Below, in pieces: positions 40,299-48,694 of a stretch of 64,000 bases of DNA. Below the pieces are notes generated by a model, which worked only from the letters and a program-made list of their open reading frames with translations, searched no databases and had not been told where the DNA came from. Location: the NCBI GenBank assembly GCA_964486045.1, contig CAZALK010000012.1, positions 111,206 to 175,205 of the forward strand, given 5' to 3'. The translations under genes were made by a program, and so were the position numbers. This DNA comes from an uncultured archaeon. GTDB lineage: Archaea > Asgardarchaeota > Lokiarchaeia > Sigyniarchaeales > SOKP01. How positions within the stretch are numbered: the first letter of the stretch is position 1; each line of letters begins with the position of its first letter.

Positions 40299-40334
40299 AT
40301 GATTCGAGTATAAAAAAATGAGATACTCGAGGAC
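40299..40334 (+). promoter_or_regulatory. Eukaryote-like SECIS element (3' UTR)
   Basis: ATGA-T-TCGAGTAT-[AAAAAAATGAG]-ATACTCGA-G-GA: AUGA/GA core, perfect 8-bp stem, A-rich loop, 26 nt after the stop. Confidence 0.75.
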
Positions 40335-40484
40335 GACCTCGCAAAGGTTCATGAAAACCTCATTTTTAATGAAGACTTGTTTTTAACCATTATACGAAGT
40401 TCTAAATCATAATAAAAGTAAAACTATCTAATTTTCAAGGAGAATTTGTTACTAATCTTTTAAATTTCGTTGAGAAATTCTAAT

Positions 40485-40985
40485 TTAGACGTCCGAGGTT
40501 CCTATTATTCCCCCTACTAAACCTAAAACTCCGCCAGCTAACAATGTAATTGTTCCCAATGAGGTAGGTCCTATGGCTAAGTTAAAGGGCAGCACCCCAT
40601 CCACTATAGGGAGTTCCCAGAATAATTGGGTATATTCTAACATGTCCAATATCCCCAGATTAATTAATAAAATCAGTACACCTATAGCTAATGGTAAAAT
40701 TGAGCCTATAATCGCAACAACACGGCTTGCCAAACCCACTAATTGTAGAATTCCAGAAAGTATAAAAACAAGATAGACGATAGCAAGAATATACACAACA
40801 ATTACGTCAACCGCCATAGTTATAGCATATCCATCAGCAGAGCTTAAGATCGTAGGAATATTGAATACAAATCCTAACCCAGATGCAAATGCACCAGTGG
40901 GAATAACTTCAAAAAAGGCAAAGAAAAAGGTTGAAACAAGAGTTAAAAGAGCGCCTATAAGAATTAAAATTTTTCCAGCTCCCAA
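40485..40985 (-). CDS. Hypothetical multi-pass membrane protein
   Basis: Four Gly-rich hydrophobic helices. Confidence 0.75.
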   Translation of the reverse strand: MGAGKILILIGALLTLVSTFFFAFFEVIPTGAFASGLGFVFNIPTILSSADGYAITMAVDVIVVYILAIVYLVFILSGILQLVGLASRVVAIIGSILPLAIGVLILLINLGILDMLEYTQLFWELPIVDGVLPFNLAIGPTSLGTITLLAGGVLGLVGGIIGTSDV

Positions 40986-41061
40986 TAAATTTCACTTTTA
41001 GTTATTTTTTTTTTTTTCGTTCTTAGTTTTAAATAGATCAGATGATATATATAACATTGAT

Positions 41062-41520
41062 CTATTTTAATAATTCCAAATATGGTTTGATTTTATCTTT
41101 TCCTTCTTGATTCTGAATGCTTTCTAGGATTTTTTTTGATAGTTCTTTTTTTTTCCTAAAATAAATCTCCATAATCTCCTCTATTGGCTTTTCTGGGTAT
41201 CGTTCAACCAAAGCAACGTCGCGTCGACTACATCCCCCTGCTCTCATGCAACAGTAAGAAATCGAGCCAAAACATACCACATCTGAATCCCATTCATTCT
41301 CTCTTGAGAAATCTTCCTTAATCTTGATAAACTCTTTACCACTTATTCCCACTTCGCTTAATGTTTCGTCTCTCCTACATTTATAGCCATAAGTTAAGGA
41401 TTCTCCTGGTTTACAACAAAATGTTAAAGCTCTACAATCTCCACCGAAACATACAGGGACTGGTGCATTTTTTTCCCATCCGGGTAAGTCGCGGAGTTTA
41501 TCTTGTTCTATGTTAGGCAT
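41062..41520 (-). CDS. Methanogenesis marker 9 C-terminal domain-like Cys-rich protein
   Basis: W.NAP.PVCFGGD.RALTFCCKP and second CFGSISYCC...C.RRD unit. Confidence 0.75.
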   Translation of the reverse strand: MPNIEQDKLRDLPGWEKNAPVPVCFGGDCRALTFCCKPGESLTYGYKCRRDETLSEVGISGKEFIKIKEDFSRENEWDSDVVCFGSISYCCMRAGGCSRRDVALVERYPEKPIEEIMEIYFRKKKELSKKILESIQNQEGKDKIKPYLELLK

Positions 41521-41618
41521 TATTCAAAAATTTCAAAATAAATATTAATAGAATACCATCACTAAAAATGTATTTAACAATTTTAATTTTTCACTTTATT
41601 ACCATAAATATGGTTTAA

Positions 41619-41723
41619 TGGGGCTCAGAGGGGGTTTACCGCGTTGCAGGAATCCAGCATTCAAAATCGATCCCCCGTCTAGGGATTCACAGTCCCCAAT
41701 TCTCCCATTGAACTACCCGAGCC
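41619..41723 (-). tRNA. tRNA-His(GUG) with encoded G-1 and CCA, and an intron at 59/60
   Basis: Acceptor GCTCGGG/TCTGAGC, G-1:C73, anticodon arm GGGGA-CTGTGAA-TCCCT, T stem GGGGG/CCCCC. Confidence 0.9.
41636..41665 (-). other. 30-nt BHB intron in the T-loop of tRNA-His
   Basis: Helix ATCG/CGGT with bulges ATT and AAA; removal gives 7-nt T-loop ATCGATA. Confidence 0.85.
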
Positions 41724-41793
41724 ATTATTTAAGAAATTTGAGTTGACTATTAGGAAATATAATATTTACTTCTAAAAATATTTTGTTGTTTAG

Positions 41794-42369
41794 CTATTTT
41801 TCATTCTGTTTCACCGTTTTTTTGATGCATTCAAGTAACTGATGCACCGCATCAATTAATTCTACAGAATTATCTATGGTAAAATCTGCTGTCGAGAGCT
41901 TCTGGTTTTGCTTTGCTCGTTCAATCCTATTTTTTAACAATTCTTCAGTTTCTCTTTTTCGATTCTTGATTCTTTGTAGTGTAATCTCAAAAGGAACTTC
42001 TATGAAAACTACTTTAACTTTTTTATATTTTTTTCTTGCTTCTTCAATAACCGTGCGGCTAACATTTATTATTACAGGATATCCTTTTTCAAGCCATTCT
42101 TCATAATCTTTTGGAATTCCGTAATCTAATTCATATACGTGCCAACTTAATGCAAAAACTCCTTTTTCTTCTAATTCTTTGAATTTAATTTTAGTGACAG
42201 AGGTATTACTTTCAAATTCAGACGAAGGCCTAGTAATGTATCTTTTAGGAGCATAGATTTGTTTCAAATACGGAGGATATTCTTTAATAACCTCTGAGAT
42301 TATCAAATCCTTACCAGAACCGGAATTGCCGACAATTAAAAATAAAGTTCCAAGAAAATTTGTTGCCAT
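41794..42369 (-). CDS. phnN: Ribose 1,5-bisphosphokinase PhnN-like (guanylate kinase fold)
   Basis: VGNSGSGKD, RYITRP, FALSWHVYELDYGIP, NVSR. Confidence 0.8.
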   Translation of the reverse strand: MATNFLGTLFLIVGNSGSGKDLIISEVIKEYPPYLKQIYAPKRYITRPSSEFESNTSVTKIKFKELEEKGVFALSWHVYELDYGIPKDYEEWLEKGYPVIINVSRTVIEEARKKYKKVKVVFIEVPFEITLQRIKNRKRETEELLKNRIERAKQNQKLSTADFTIDNSVELIDAVHQLLECIKKTVKQNEK

Positions 42370-42578
42370 CTGCTTTCTTTAATTATGAAATAAGCTCTTA
42401 TAATGTTATTATGTCCAGTTTGAATTTAAAGTCTGCAAAAAAAGGATCTATTTTAAAATTAAAATTACTAAGAAGAAAAAGTAGAACCATATATAAAAAC
42501 AGAAAGAATTAAAGTATGAATGACGTTATCATTCTTAACAGAGACCTTTTTTTTAACATCACATATTTTAATTTAAGT

Positions 42579-42998
42579 ATGGCGAAAAAAAGTAATTATG
42601 GAACGTCTAAAATTTCAGAGATACCTGAGAGTCATCAAAGATATTTAGATGAGATTTTTAGTATTTCGAGAAAAAAAAAAGGAGGATGGGTCACAAATAA
42701 AGAAATTGCCAAGTCACTCAAGGTTGAACCCGCTTCCGTATCAGGTATGTTGGAAAAACTGAAGAAAAAAGGATTAATTAATTGGGAACCTAGAAAATCT
42801 ATAAGACTTACGGAAAAAGGGAAAAAAATTGCCAGACAATTAGACGAAACTCATGCTTTACTTTACCAATTTTTTGCTAACGTGTTAAAAATCGAAGATG
42901 AAGAGATAATCGAGAATTTGTCGTGTGAAATAGAGCATCATATTACTAGAGAGGTAAAAGAATCCTTAGAAGATTTCCTCTCAAAATATTTAAAATAG
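42579..42998 (+). CDS. DtxR/MntR family metal-dependent regulator
   Basis: YL..I, IAKSLKV.PASVS.M, LTEKG, CEIEH; ATG 42579 preferred as start. Confidence 0.9.
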   Translation: MAKKSNYGTSKISEIPESHQRYLDEIFSISRKKKGGWVTNKEIAKSLKVEPASVSGMLEKLKKKGLINWEPRKSIRLTEKGKKIARQLDETHALLYQFFANVLKIEDEEIIENLSCEIEHHITREVKESLEDFLSKYLK

Positions 42999-43046
42999 GA
43001 TTCATTGATGCAATTAACTTATTTTAGTGTTTAATAATGAATTAAA

Positions 43047-43805
43047 ATGTCAGAAGAACTAAGCAAAAAAGTTGATATAATTAAGAAAAAATTTGAGAAT
43101 TTTACAAATTTTATCGAGTTGCCTGATTTTAGGTCATTTCTATTATTTACTTTGACTAGTCAAGTGCCTATGAATGTTTTGGCTCAAATGGGACTAGGAG
43201 GTAATAAAGATGTTATTAGTCTTCCTTATAATCCGATATTAAAGATTTATTATCAAAAAATTAATCTATTATCGGTAGGATCCTTAATAGTTTATGTCAA
43301 AAGTGATCCAATATCTGAGAAATTTGTGCTCGAAAAAGATGATTCTACCATTAAGAGCTTTTTAAATCCTGATGAGATGAGTTTAGCTTTTCGAGGAAAA
43401 GAAAAATTTATGTTACCTTTGATCAGTGATTGTAGTAGTTTCTATGTTGATAATAATTCAAAAATAAATATCAAGGTTGATGACTTTTTCCATTCTTTAG
43501 AAAGCTTTCTGGGGGTCGCTGAACCAAATTTGCTCTTCGTTATAGATGGTGAAAATGATTCTGAACCGGATATCTTATTTACTTTTAACATGATGCCTGA
43601 GATGCCAGGTAGAAAAGATAAGAAGATTTTAAAGATTGACGTACATATTGATGAAAAGCATAATACAAGGGATGTTACCTACATAAGACGCGAAGAAGAC
43701 TATAAAATTGAGTACCTTAAAGAAGTCAAGGCTGTAAGTCATGCTGAAATATATAAATCTGCTTTTTCATTGATAATGCATATCAAATCTTTAAATGAAC
43801 CATAA
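43047..43805 (+). CDS. Hypothetical protein
   Basis: 252-aa ORF, no recognised motif. Confidence 0.7.
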   Translation: MSEELSKKVDIIKKKFENFTNFIELPDFRSFLLFTLTSQVPMNVLAQMGLGGNKDVISLPYNPILKIYYQKINLLSVGSLIVYVKSDPISEKFVLEKDDSTIKSFLNPDEMSLAFRGKEKFMLPLISDCSSFYVDNNSKINIKVDDFFHSLESFLGVAEPNLLFVIDGENDSEPDILFTFNMMPEMPGRKDKKILKIDVHIDEKHNTRDVTYIRREEDYKIEYLKEVKAVSHAEIYKSAFSLIMHIKSLNEP

Positions 43806-44034
43806 AATTTTCTTACCTTATTTTAACCTATTCAAAGAGTAGTTTAGTAAAAATATTTCCTTATTAATAATTGACAATTATGAAAGAATAGGAATTCTCA
43901 TATTCGTTAGAAATTAAACGGTTAACATCATTAAAGGATTAATATATTCAATTTATAAACCATCCGACAAAAAATATAAAGTATAACAATAATTTATAAC
44001 GTTTTGTTATACTCCAAGGTCAAAAGGGTTATTA

Positions 44035-44244
44035 ATGATGAAGATCATAACGATCAATTTACCAGAAAAATATTTACAAGCAATCCAAATATTAAACGAT
44101 AATGGGGCTTACCCCTCCCGTAGTGAAGCGATAAGAAGAGCTTTGAATGATTTCTTAGCAAAAGAGTTAAAGATGTATAGCGATCTTGATGATGACAGCT
44201 TTAGAATGCTTATCCGAAGCAAAAAAAGTAAACTGAATCATTAA
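44035..44244 (+). CDS. Ribbon-helix-helix (CopG-like) regulator
   Basis: IITINLP...YPSRSEAIRRAL. Confidence 0.88.
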   Translation: MMKIITINLPEKYLQAIQILNDNGAYPSRSEAIRRALNDFLAKELKMYSDLDDDSFRMLIRSKKSKLNH

Positions 44245-44412
44245 AACTTATTTTATTTATTTTTTTTAATCAATCATTTAATTTCAATTATCTATAAACT
44301 AATTCCAACATTGACTTATTTCAGAAGTTAAAAAAATTAAATAGATTAAAGATATAATTAAAATTATATAATACTTCAAATTAAACAAATTATTTTCTTT
44401 AAGGGTTCCACC

Positions 44413-45114
44413 ATGGATATTGAGATTGATACATGTAATGGTTGTGGACAATGTGCTATTGTTTGCCCAGTTCAAGCAATCAAAATGATTGATAATAAGG
44501 CTGTTGTGGATGAAGAAAGTTGTGTAGAATGTTCAGTTTGTTATAGAGATGCTAATTGCCCGGCTAATGCAATTAAGATGAAAAGGTTAAAATGGCCCAG
44601 AGAAATTCGTATGCCTTTTAGTAATGTAATAGCTACTCATAAATTAACAGGAATTGGTGGGAGAGGCACTTCTGAGATGAAAACTAACGATGTGACTAAT
44701 CGCTATGGATTCGGGGAATTTGGGATTTCCATTGAATTAGGACGCCCAGGAATAGGAACAAGGCTAAGAAATATCGAGTTATTCACAACAAGATTTTCAA
44801 AAATTGGTGTTATATATGAAGAAAAAAGTCCAGTTACGTCTCTAATAATAGACGATGACGGGCATATCAATGAAGATGTAAAGGATGAGCGTGTTCTTTC
44901 TGCAATAATTGAATTCAAAGTTCCTACTAAAAAATTACCTCAAATTTTAGAAGTGATTACTGAATTAGATAAGGAAATTGATACTGTATTTTCTGTTGGA
45001 ATTGTTTCAAGAATAAAAGAAAATAACACAAAAGAAATCATAAATAAAATAACACAGCTTGGTTTTGAAGTAAGACCGAATGCCAAAATAAATATTGGAT
45101 TAGGTAGACCTTGA
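44413..45114 (+). CDS. 2x[4Fe-4S] ferredoxin-domain protein
   Basis: CNGCGQCAIVCP and CVECSVC....CP; GRGTSEMKTNDVT. Confidence 0.85.
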   Translation: MDIEIDTCNGCGQCAIVCPVQAIKMIDNKAVVDEESCVECSVCYRDANCPANAIKMKRLKWPREIRMPFSNVIATHKLTGIGGRGTSEMKTNDVTNRYGFGEFGISIELGRPGIGTRLRNIELFTTRFSKIGVIYEEKSPVTSLIIDDDGHINEDVKDERVLSAIIEFKVPTKKLPQILEVITELDKEIDTVFSVGIVSRIKENNTKEIINKITQLGFEVRPNAKINIGLGRP

Positions 45115-45135
45115 AAATATGGAGGAAAACGAATT

Positions 45136-45723
45136 TTGACACATACCTTGCACAGGAAAGGGATTGTAAAGGATCTAAAAAAGGATTACGTAATACTGGC
45201 AATGCTCGAGGGCGGTATAAATGATAATTATGACGACTCACGGCAAAAAATGATAAAGATAGGAGAAATTTTGAATGAATATAATCCAATTAATATTTTG
45301 TCTGAAATAGGATGGAGAACATCATCTGTTATAACTGCTGCTTATGGGGATCTTGAGACTGTAAAAAAAGTCATTCAAATCCTGAAAGAAGAAGATTTAG
45401 GTATTTCAATAGTTGTAAGTGGATTAATTTCTGAAATTGAAAAGTCTCTGAAGGAAATAGGATTAGAGCCCCATACGGTCCATTTTTCACTGGGTACATT
45501 CGGAAAAAGTGAGTTATTACCATCAGAAAAGCACTTAGAAATTACTACAATGTGTGGACATCATACAGTTTCACCACAGTCAATTACACATTATGTAGAT
45601 TTGATTAGACGAGGAAAAACTACTGTTGAAAAAGCCGCAAGAAAATTGACAAGACCTTGTGTCTGTGGTATTATCAATACATCTCGTATAATTGAGATAC
45701 TTACTAATTTAGTTAATGAATAA
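45136..45723 (+). CDS. Hypothetical protein, probable partner of the upstream ferredoxin-domain protein
   Basis: MTHTLHR, TTMCGH, CVCG; 21-nt spacing. Confidence 0.75.
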   Translation: MTHTLHRKGIVKDLKKDYVILAMLEGGINDNYDDSRQKMIKIGEILNEYNPINILSEIGWRTSSVITAAYGDLETVKKVIQILKEEDLGISIVVSGLISEIEKSLKEIGLEPHTVHFSLGTFGKSELLPSEKHLEITTMCGHHTVSPQSITHYVDLIRRGKTTVEKAARKLTRPCVCGIINTSRIIEILTNLVNE

Positions 45724-45848
45724 TATCGTATTTTTCACCTCATTTAAAATAGCCTAAGACATAAATACCCAGTTATTTTATTTTCAATTAAACCTAAGCG
45801 ATTTTAGATTTTGTTTAATAAGGTCATATTCAATATGGGGGAGAATTT

Positions 45849-46487
45849 ATGAAAATTGGTATAATTGGAACAGGAAGCATGGGTAAAGGTTTAGGTACAA
45901 TCTGGGCAGAAAAAAATCATAAGATTATGTTTGGTTCTCGTGATCCTGTAAATGCAGAAAAACTAGCTAATTCATTTGGATCAAATGTCTTAGGAGGAAC
46001 ATATGCAGATGCAGCTCAATATGGAGAAGTGGTAGTCCTCGCAGTACCTTGGTCAGCAGCCCAGGAGTCTATACAAGTAGTAGGCGATTTAAGTGAGAAG
46101 ATTATTATTGATTGCACTAACGCTGTGGCACCACAATTAGGGGGATTGTTATTCGGCCATACAACCTCTGCTGCTGAAAAAATTGCTGAATGGGCAAAAG
46201 GTGCTAAAGTTGTAAAAGCTTTTAATTCTCTTGGTTCAGATAATCTAACAAAATTACAATTTGGATCTCAAAATGCTAGTACTTTCATCTGTGGGGATGA
46301 CTTAAATGCAAAATCAATTGTATATAAATTAGGTGAAGAGATAGGCTTCGATGTCATTGATGCTGGTCCTTTAAAAAACGCAAGATTAATCGAACCTCTT
46401 GCTATGCTTTGGATTGATTTAGCCTACAAACAGGGTTTGGGAACTGATATCGCTTTTAAACTACTCCGAAGAAGAAAAGTTAAATAA
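45849..46487 (+). CDS. NADPH-dependent F420 reductase family protein
   Basis: GIIGTGSMG, GSRDP, LAVP, DCTN, VVKAFN, ICGDD, DAGPL. Confidence 0.9.
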   Translation: MKIGIIGTGSMGKGLGTIWAEKNHKIMFGSRDPVNAEKLANSFGSNVLGGTYADAAQYGEVVVLAVPWSAAQESIQVVGDLSEKIIIDCTNAVAPQLGGLLFGHTTSAAEKIAEWAKGAKVVKAFNSLGSDNLTKLQFGSQNASTFICGDDLNAKSIVYKLGEEIGFDVIDAGPLKNARLIEPLAMLWIDLAYKQGLGTDIAFKLLRRRKVK

Positions 46488-46610
46488 ATCAAAAAACCAA
46501 ATCAAATATTCTTTTACTTCTCAATTTTTAATTTTGATTTTATAGAAAACATTAAATTCAAAATAAAAATTAACTTAAAAATGGTAATTACTTTTTAATT
46601 AATTCTTATC

Positions 46611-47552
46611 ATGAAATCAAATAGAACTGGAAAAGATACAGTTTTAAGTCATACTTATTCTATCGTCGCAAGAGATCCTAAAACAGGAGAAATGGGTGTA
46701 GGAGTGCAAAGCCATTATTTCTCTGTGGGCTCTGTAGTTGATTGGGGCGCTTCTGGCGTGGGAGTAGTAGCCACACAATCATTTGTAAACAAATCCTTTG
46801 GATTGAGAGGCCTTGAACTAATGAAACAAGGAAAAACACCAGAAGAAGCATTAGATATACTACTTTCTGATGACGATGGAAAAAATGTAAGGCAAGTTGC
46901 TCTGCTTGATGTTAATGGAAGGGTTGCAGTGCATACAGGATCAAAATGTATTAAATATGCAGGTCATGAAACCGGAGATAATTTTTCAGTTCAGGCAAAT
47001 ATGATGTTAAAAGATACCGTTTGGCCTGCGATGGCACAGGCTTTTGAAAAAAATAAAAATCTCCCTTTACCAGAGAGAATAATTAAGACATTAGAAGCAG
47101 CAGAATCAGAAGGAGGAGATATAAGAGGAAGGCAATCAGCTGCGATATTGATTGTAAGAAGCGAGCCAGTAGAAAACAAATGGGATGATCCACTTATTGA
47201 TATAAGGGTTGAGGACAATCCAGAACCATTAGAAGAATTAAAAAGATTATTAAAACTTCGAAGAGCATATCAGATAATGGATAGAGGAGACGTTGCTATG
47301 GAAAAAGGTGATGAAGATAAGGCACTAAAAGAGTTTAAGTCAGCACAAGAAATGTGTCCTACTAATATGGAGATGAAATATTGGACAGCTATTTCTCTAG
47401 CTAATATAAAAAGATTTGATGATGCTTTACCACTATTTAAAGATATTTTTACTAGGGATAACAATTGGCGCATACTTACAGAAAGGCTTCCTGAGGTAGA
47501 TTTATTAAATATATCAGATGAAGAATTAAACAAAATTTTAACATTGAAGTGA
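46611..47552 (+). CDS. DUF1028 Ntn-hydrolase-like protein with C-terminal TPR
   Basis: HTYSIVARDP, ATQS, GGDIRGRQSAA. Confidence 0.88.
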   Translation: MKSNRTGKDTVLSHTYSIVARDPKTGEMGVGVQSHYFSVGSVVDWGASGVGVVATQSFVNKSFGLRGLELMKQGKTPEEALDILLSDDDGKNVRQVALLDVNGRVAVHTGSKCIKYAGHETGDNFSVQANMMLKDTVWPAMAQAFEKNKNLPLPERIIKTLEAAESEGGDIRGRQSAAILIVRSEPVENKWDDPLIDIRVEDNPEPLEELKRLLKLRRAYQIMDRGDVAMEKGDEDKALKEFKSAQEMCPTNMEMKYWTAISLANIKRFDDALPLFKDIFTRDNNWRILTERLPEVDLLNISDEELNKILTLK

Positions 47553-47559
47553 TAAAAAA

Positions 47560-48606
47560 ATGAAAGTTGCACGATATTATAATAATGAAGATGTAAGAGA
47601 AGATGAAATAGATAAGCCAACAATCGGTCAGGGAGAAATTTTAGTTAAGGTTAAAAGATCTGGAATTTGCGGTTCAGACATACTTGAATATTATCGATTC
47701 GCAAAAATGCAAAGATTGGGTGTGAAATCATTGATTTTAGGCCATGAAATTGCGGGAGATATTGTTGAGATGGGTGAAACGGTGAAACATCTTAAAGTTG
47801 GAGATCGTGTATTTGTTTCTCATCATGTACCATGTTTTGAGTGTCATTATTGTAAACAGGGGCACCATACTGCATGTAATTTACTTCATAATACAAATTT
47901 TGATCCTGGAGGTTTCGCTGAATTTGTGCGAATTCCAAAAATTAACATTGAAAAAAAAGGTGTGTATGTTTTAGATCCAAGTGTATCTTATGAGGAAGCG
48001 GTTTTCATAGAACCACTGGGTTGTGTATGCCGAGCTCAACGATTAGCAAATATGAAGAAGGGATTAACTGTTTTAATTCTTGGGTGTGGTACTTCAGGTT
48101 TATTACATATTCAACTTGCGAAACTGAGAGGGGCCAAAAAAGTCATAGCTACTGATATCAATGAATATAGGCTACAAAAGGCAAAAGAATTTGGCGCTGA
48201 TGAAGTATTTAACGCAAATTCAGATATTCCCGCAGAAATTAAGGAAATAAACAAGTTCAGGCTAGCAGACATAGTAATCGTTAGTACTGGTGCCACATCA
48301 GCAGCAAAGCAGGCTTTAGAATGTGCAGCATCAGGTAGTACGATTGTTTATTTTGCCGTTCCAGGACCAGGGATAAAGCTCGAAGTTCCTATAAATACTT
48401 ATTGGAGAAAAGAAATTAAAATTATGACTTCTTATGGCGCCGCACCCCAAGATCTTGATGAAGCTTATAATTGGATAGTATCTAAAAGAATTAATGTAGT
48501 AGGATTAATAACACACCGGTTTCCTCTTAGTAAAGCAAAAGAAGCCTTTAAAGTGGTATGCGAAGCAGGGAATTCCTTGAAAGTGATACTTGAACCCACT
48601 AGATAG
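47560..48606 (+). CDS. Zn-dependent medium-chain (polyol-type) dehydrogenase
   Basis: ICGSD, GHE, CFECHYC...C, GCGTSG. Confidence 0.92.
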   Translation: MKVARYYNNEDVREDEIDKPTIGQGEILVKVKRSGICGSDILEYYRFAKMQRLGVKSLILGHEIAGDIVEMGETVKHLKVGDRVFVSHHVPCFECHYCKQGHHTACNLLHNTNFDPGGFAEFVRIPKINIEKKGVYVLDPSVSYEEAVFIEPLGCVCRAQRLANMKKGLTVLILGCGTSGLLHIQLAKLRGAKKVIATDINEYRLQKAKEFGADEVFNANSDIPAEIKEINKFRLADIVIVSTGATSAAKQALECAASGSTIVYFAVPGPGIKLEVPINTYWRKEIKIMTSYGAAPQDLDEAYNWIVSKRINVVGLITHRFPLSKAKEAFKVVCEAGNSLKVILEPTR

Positions 48607-48694
48607 ATTAATTGAAGTGCTTTTTAGAAAAGATTTTTAATTTTTTCTATTAGATCATAATATTATAGGAAGTAAACCTAAATATTAAGAGAAA

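Noticed and set aside
40350-40380. Second SECIS candidate (ATGAAAACCTCATT...AATGAAGAC)
   Set aside because: The stem does not close onto the AUGA/GA core convincingly.
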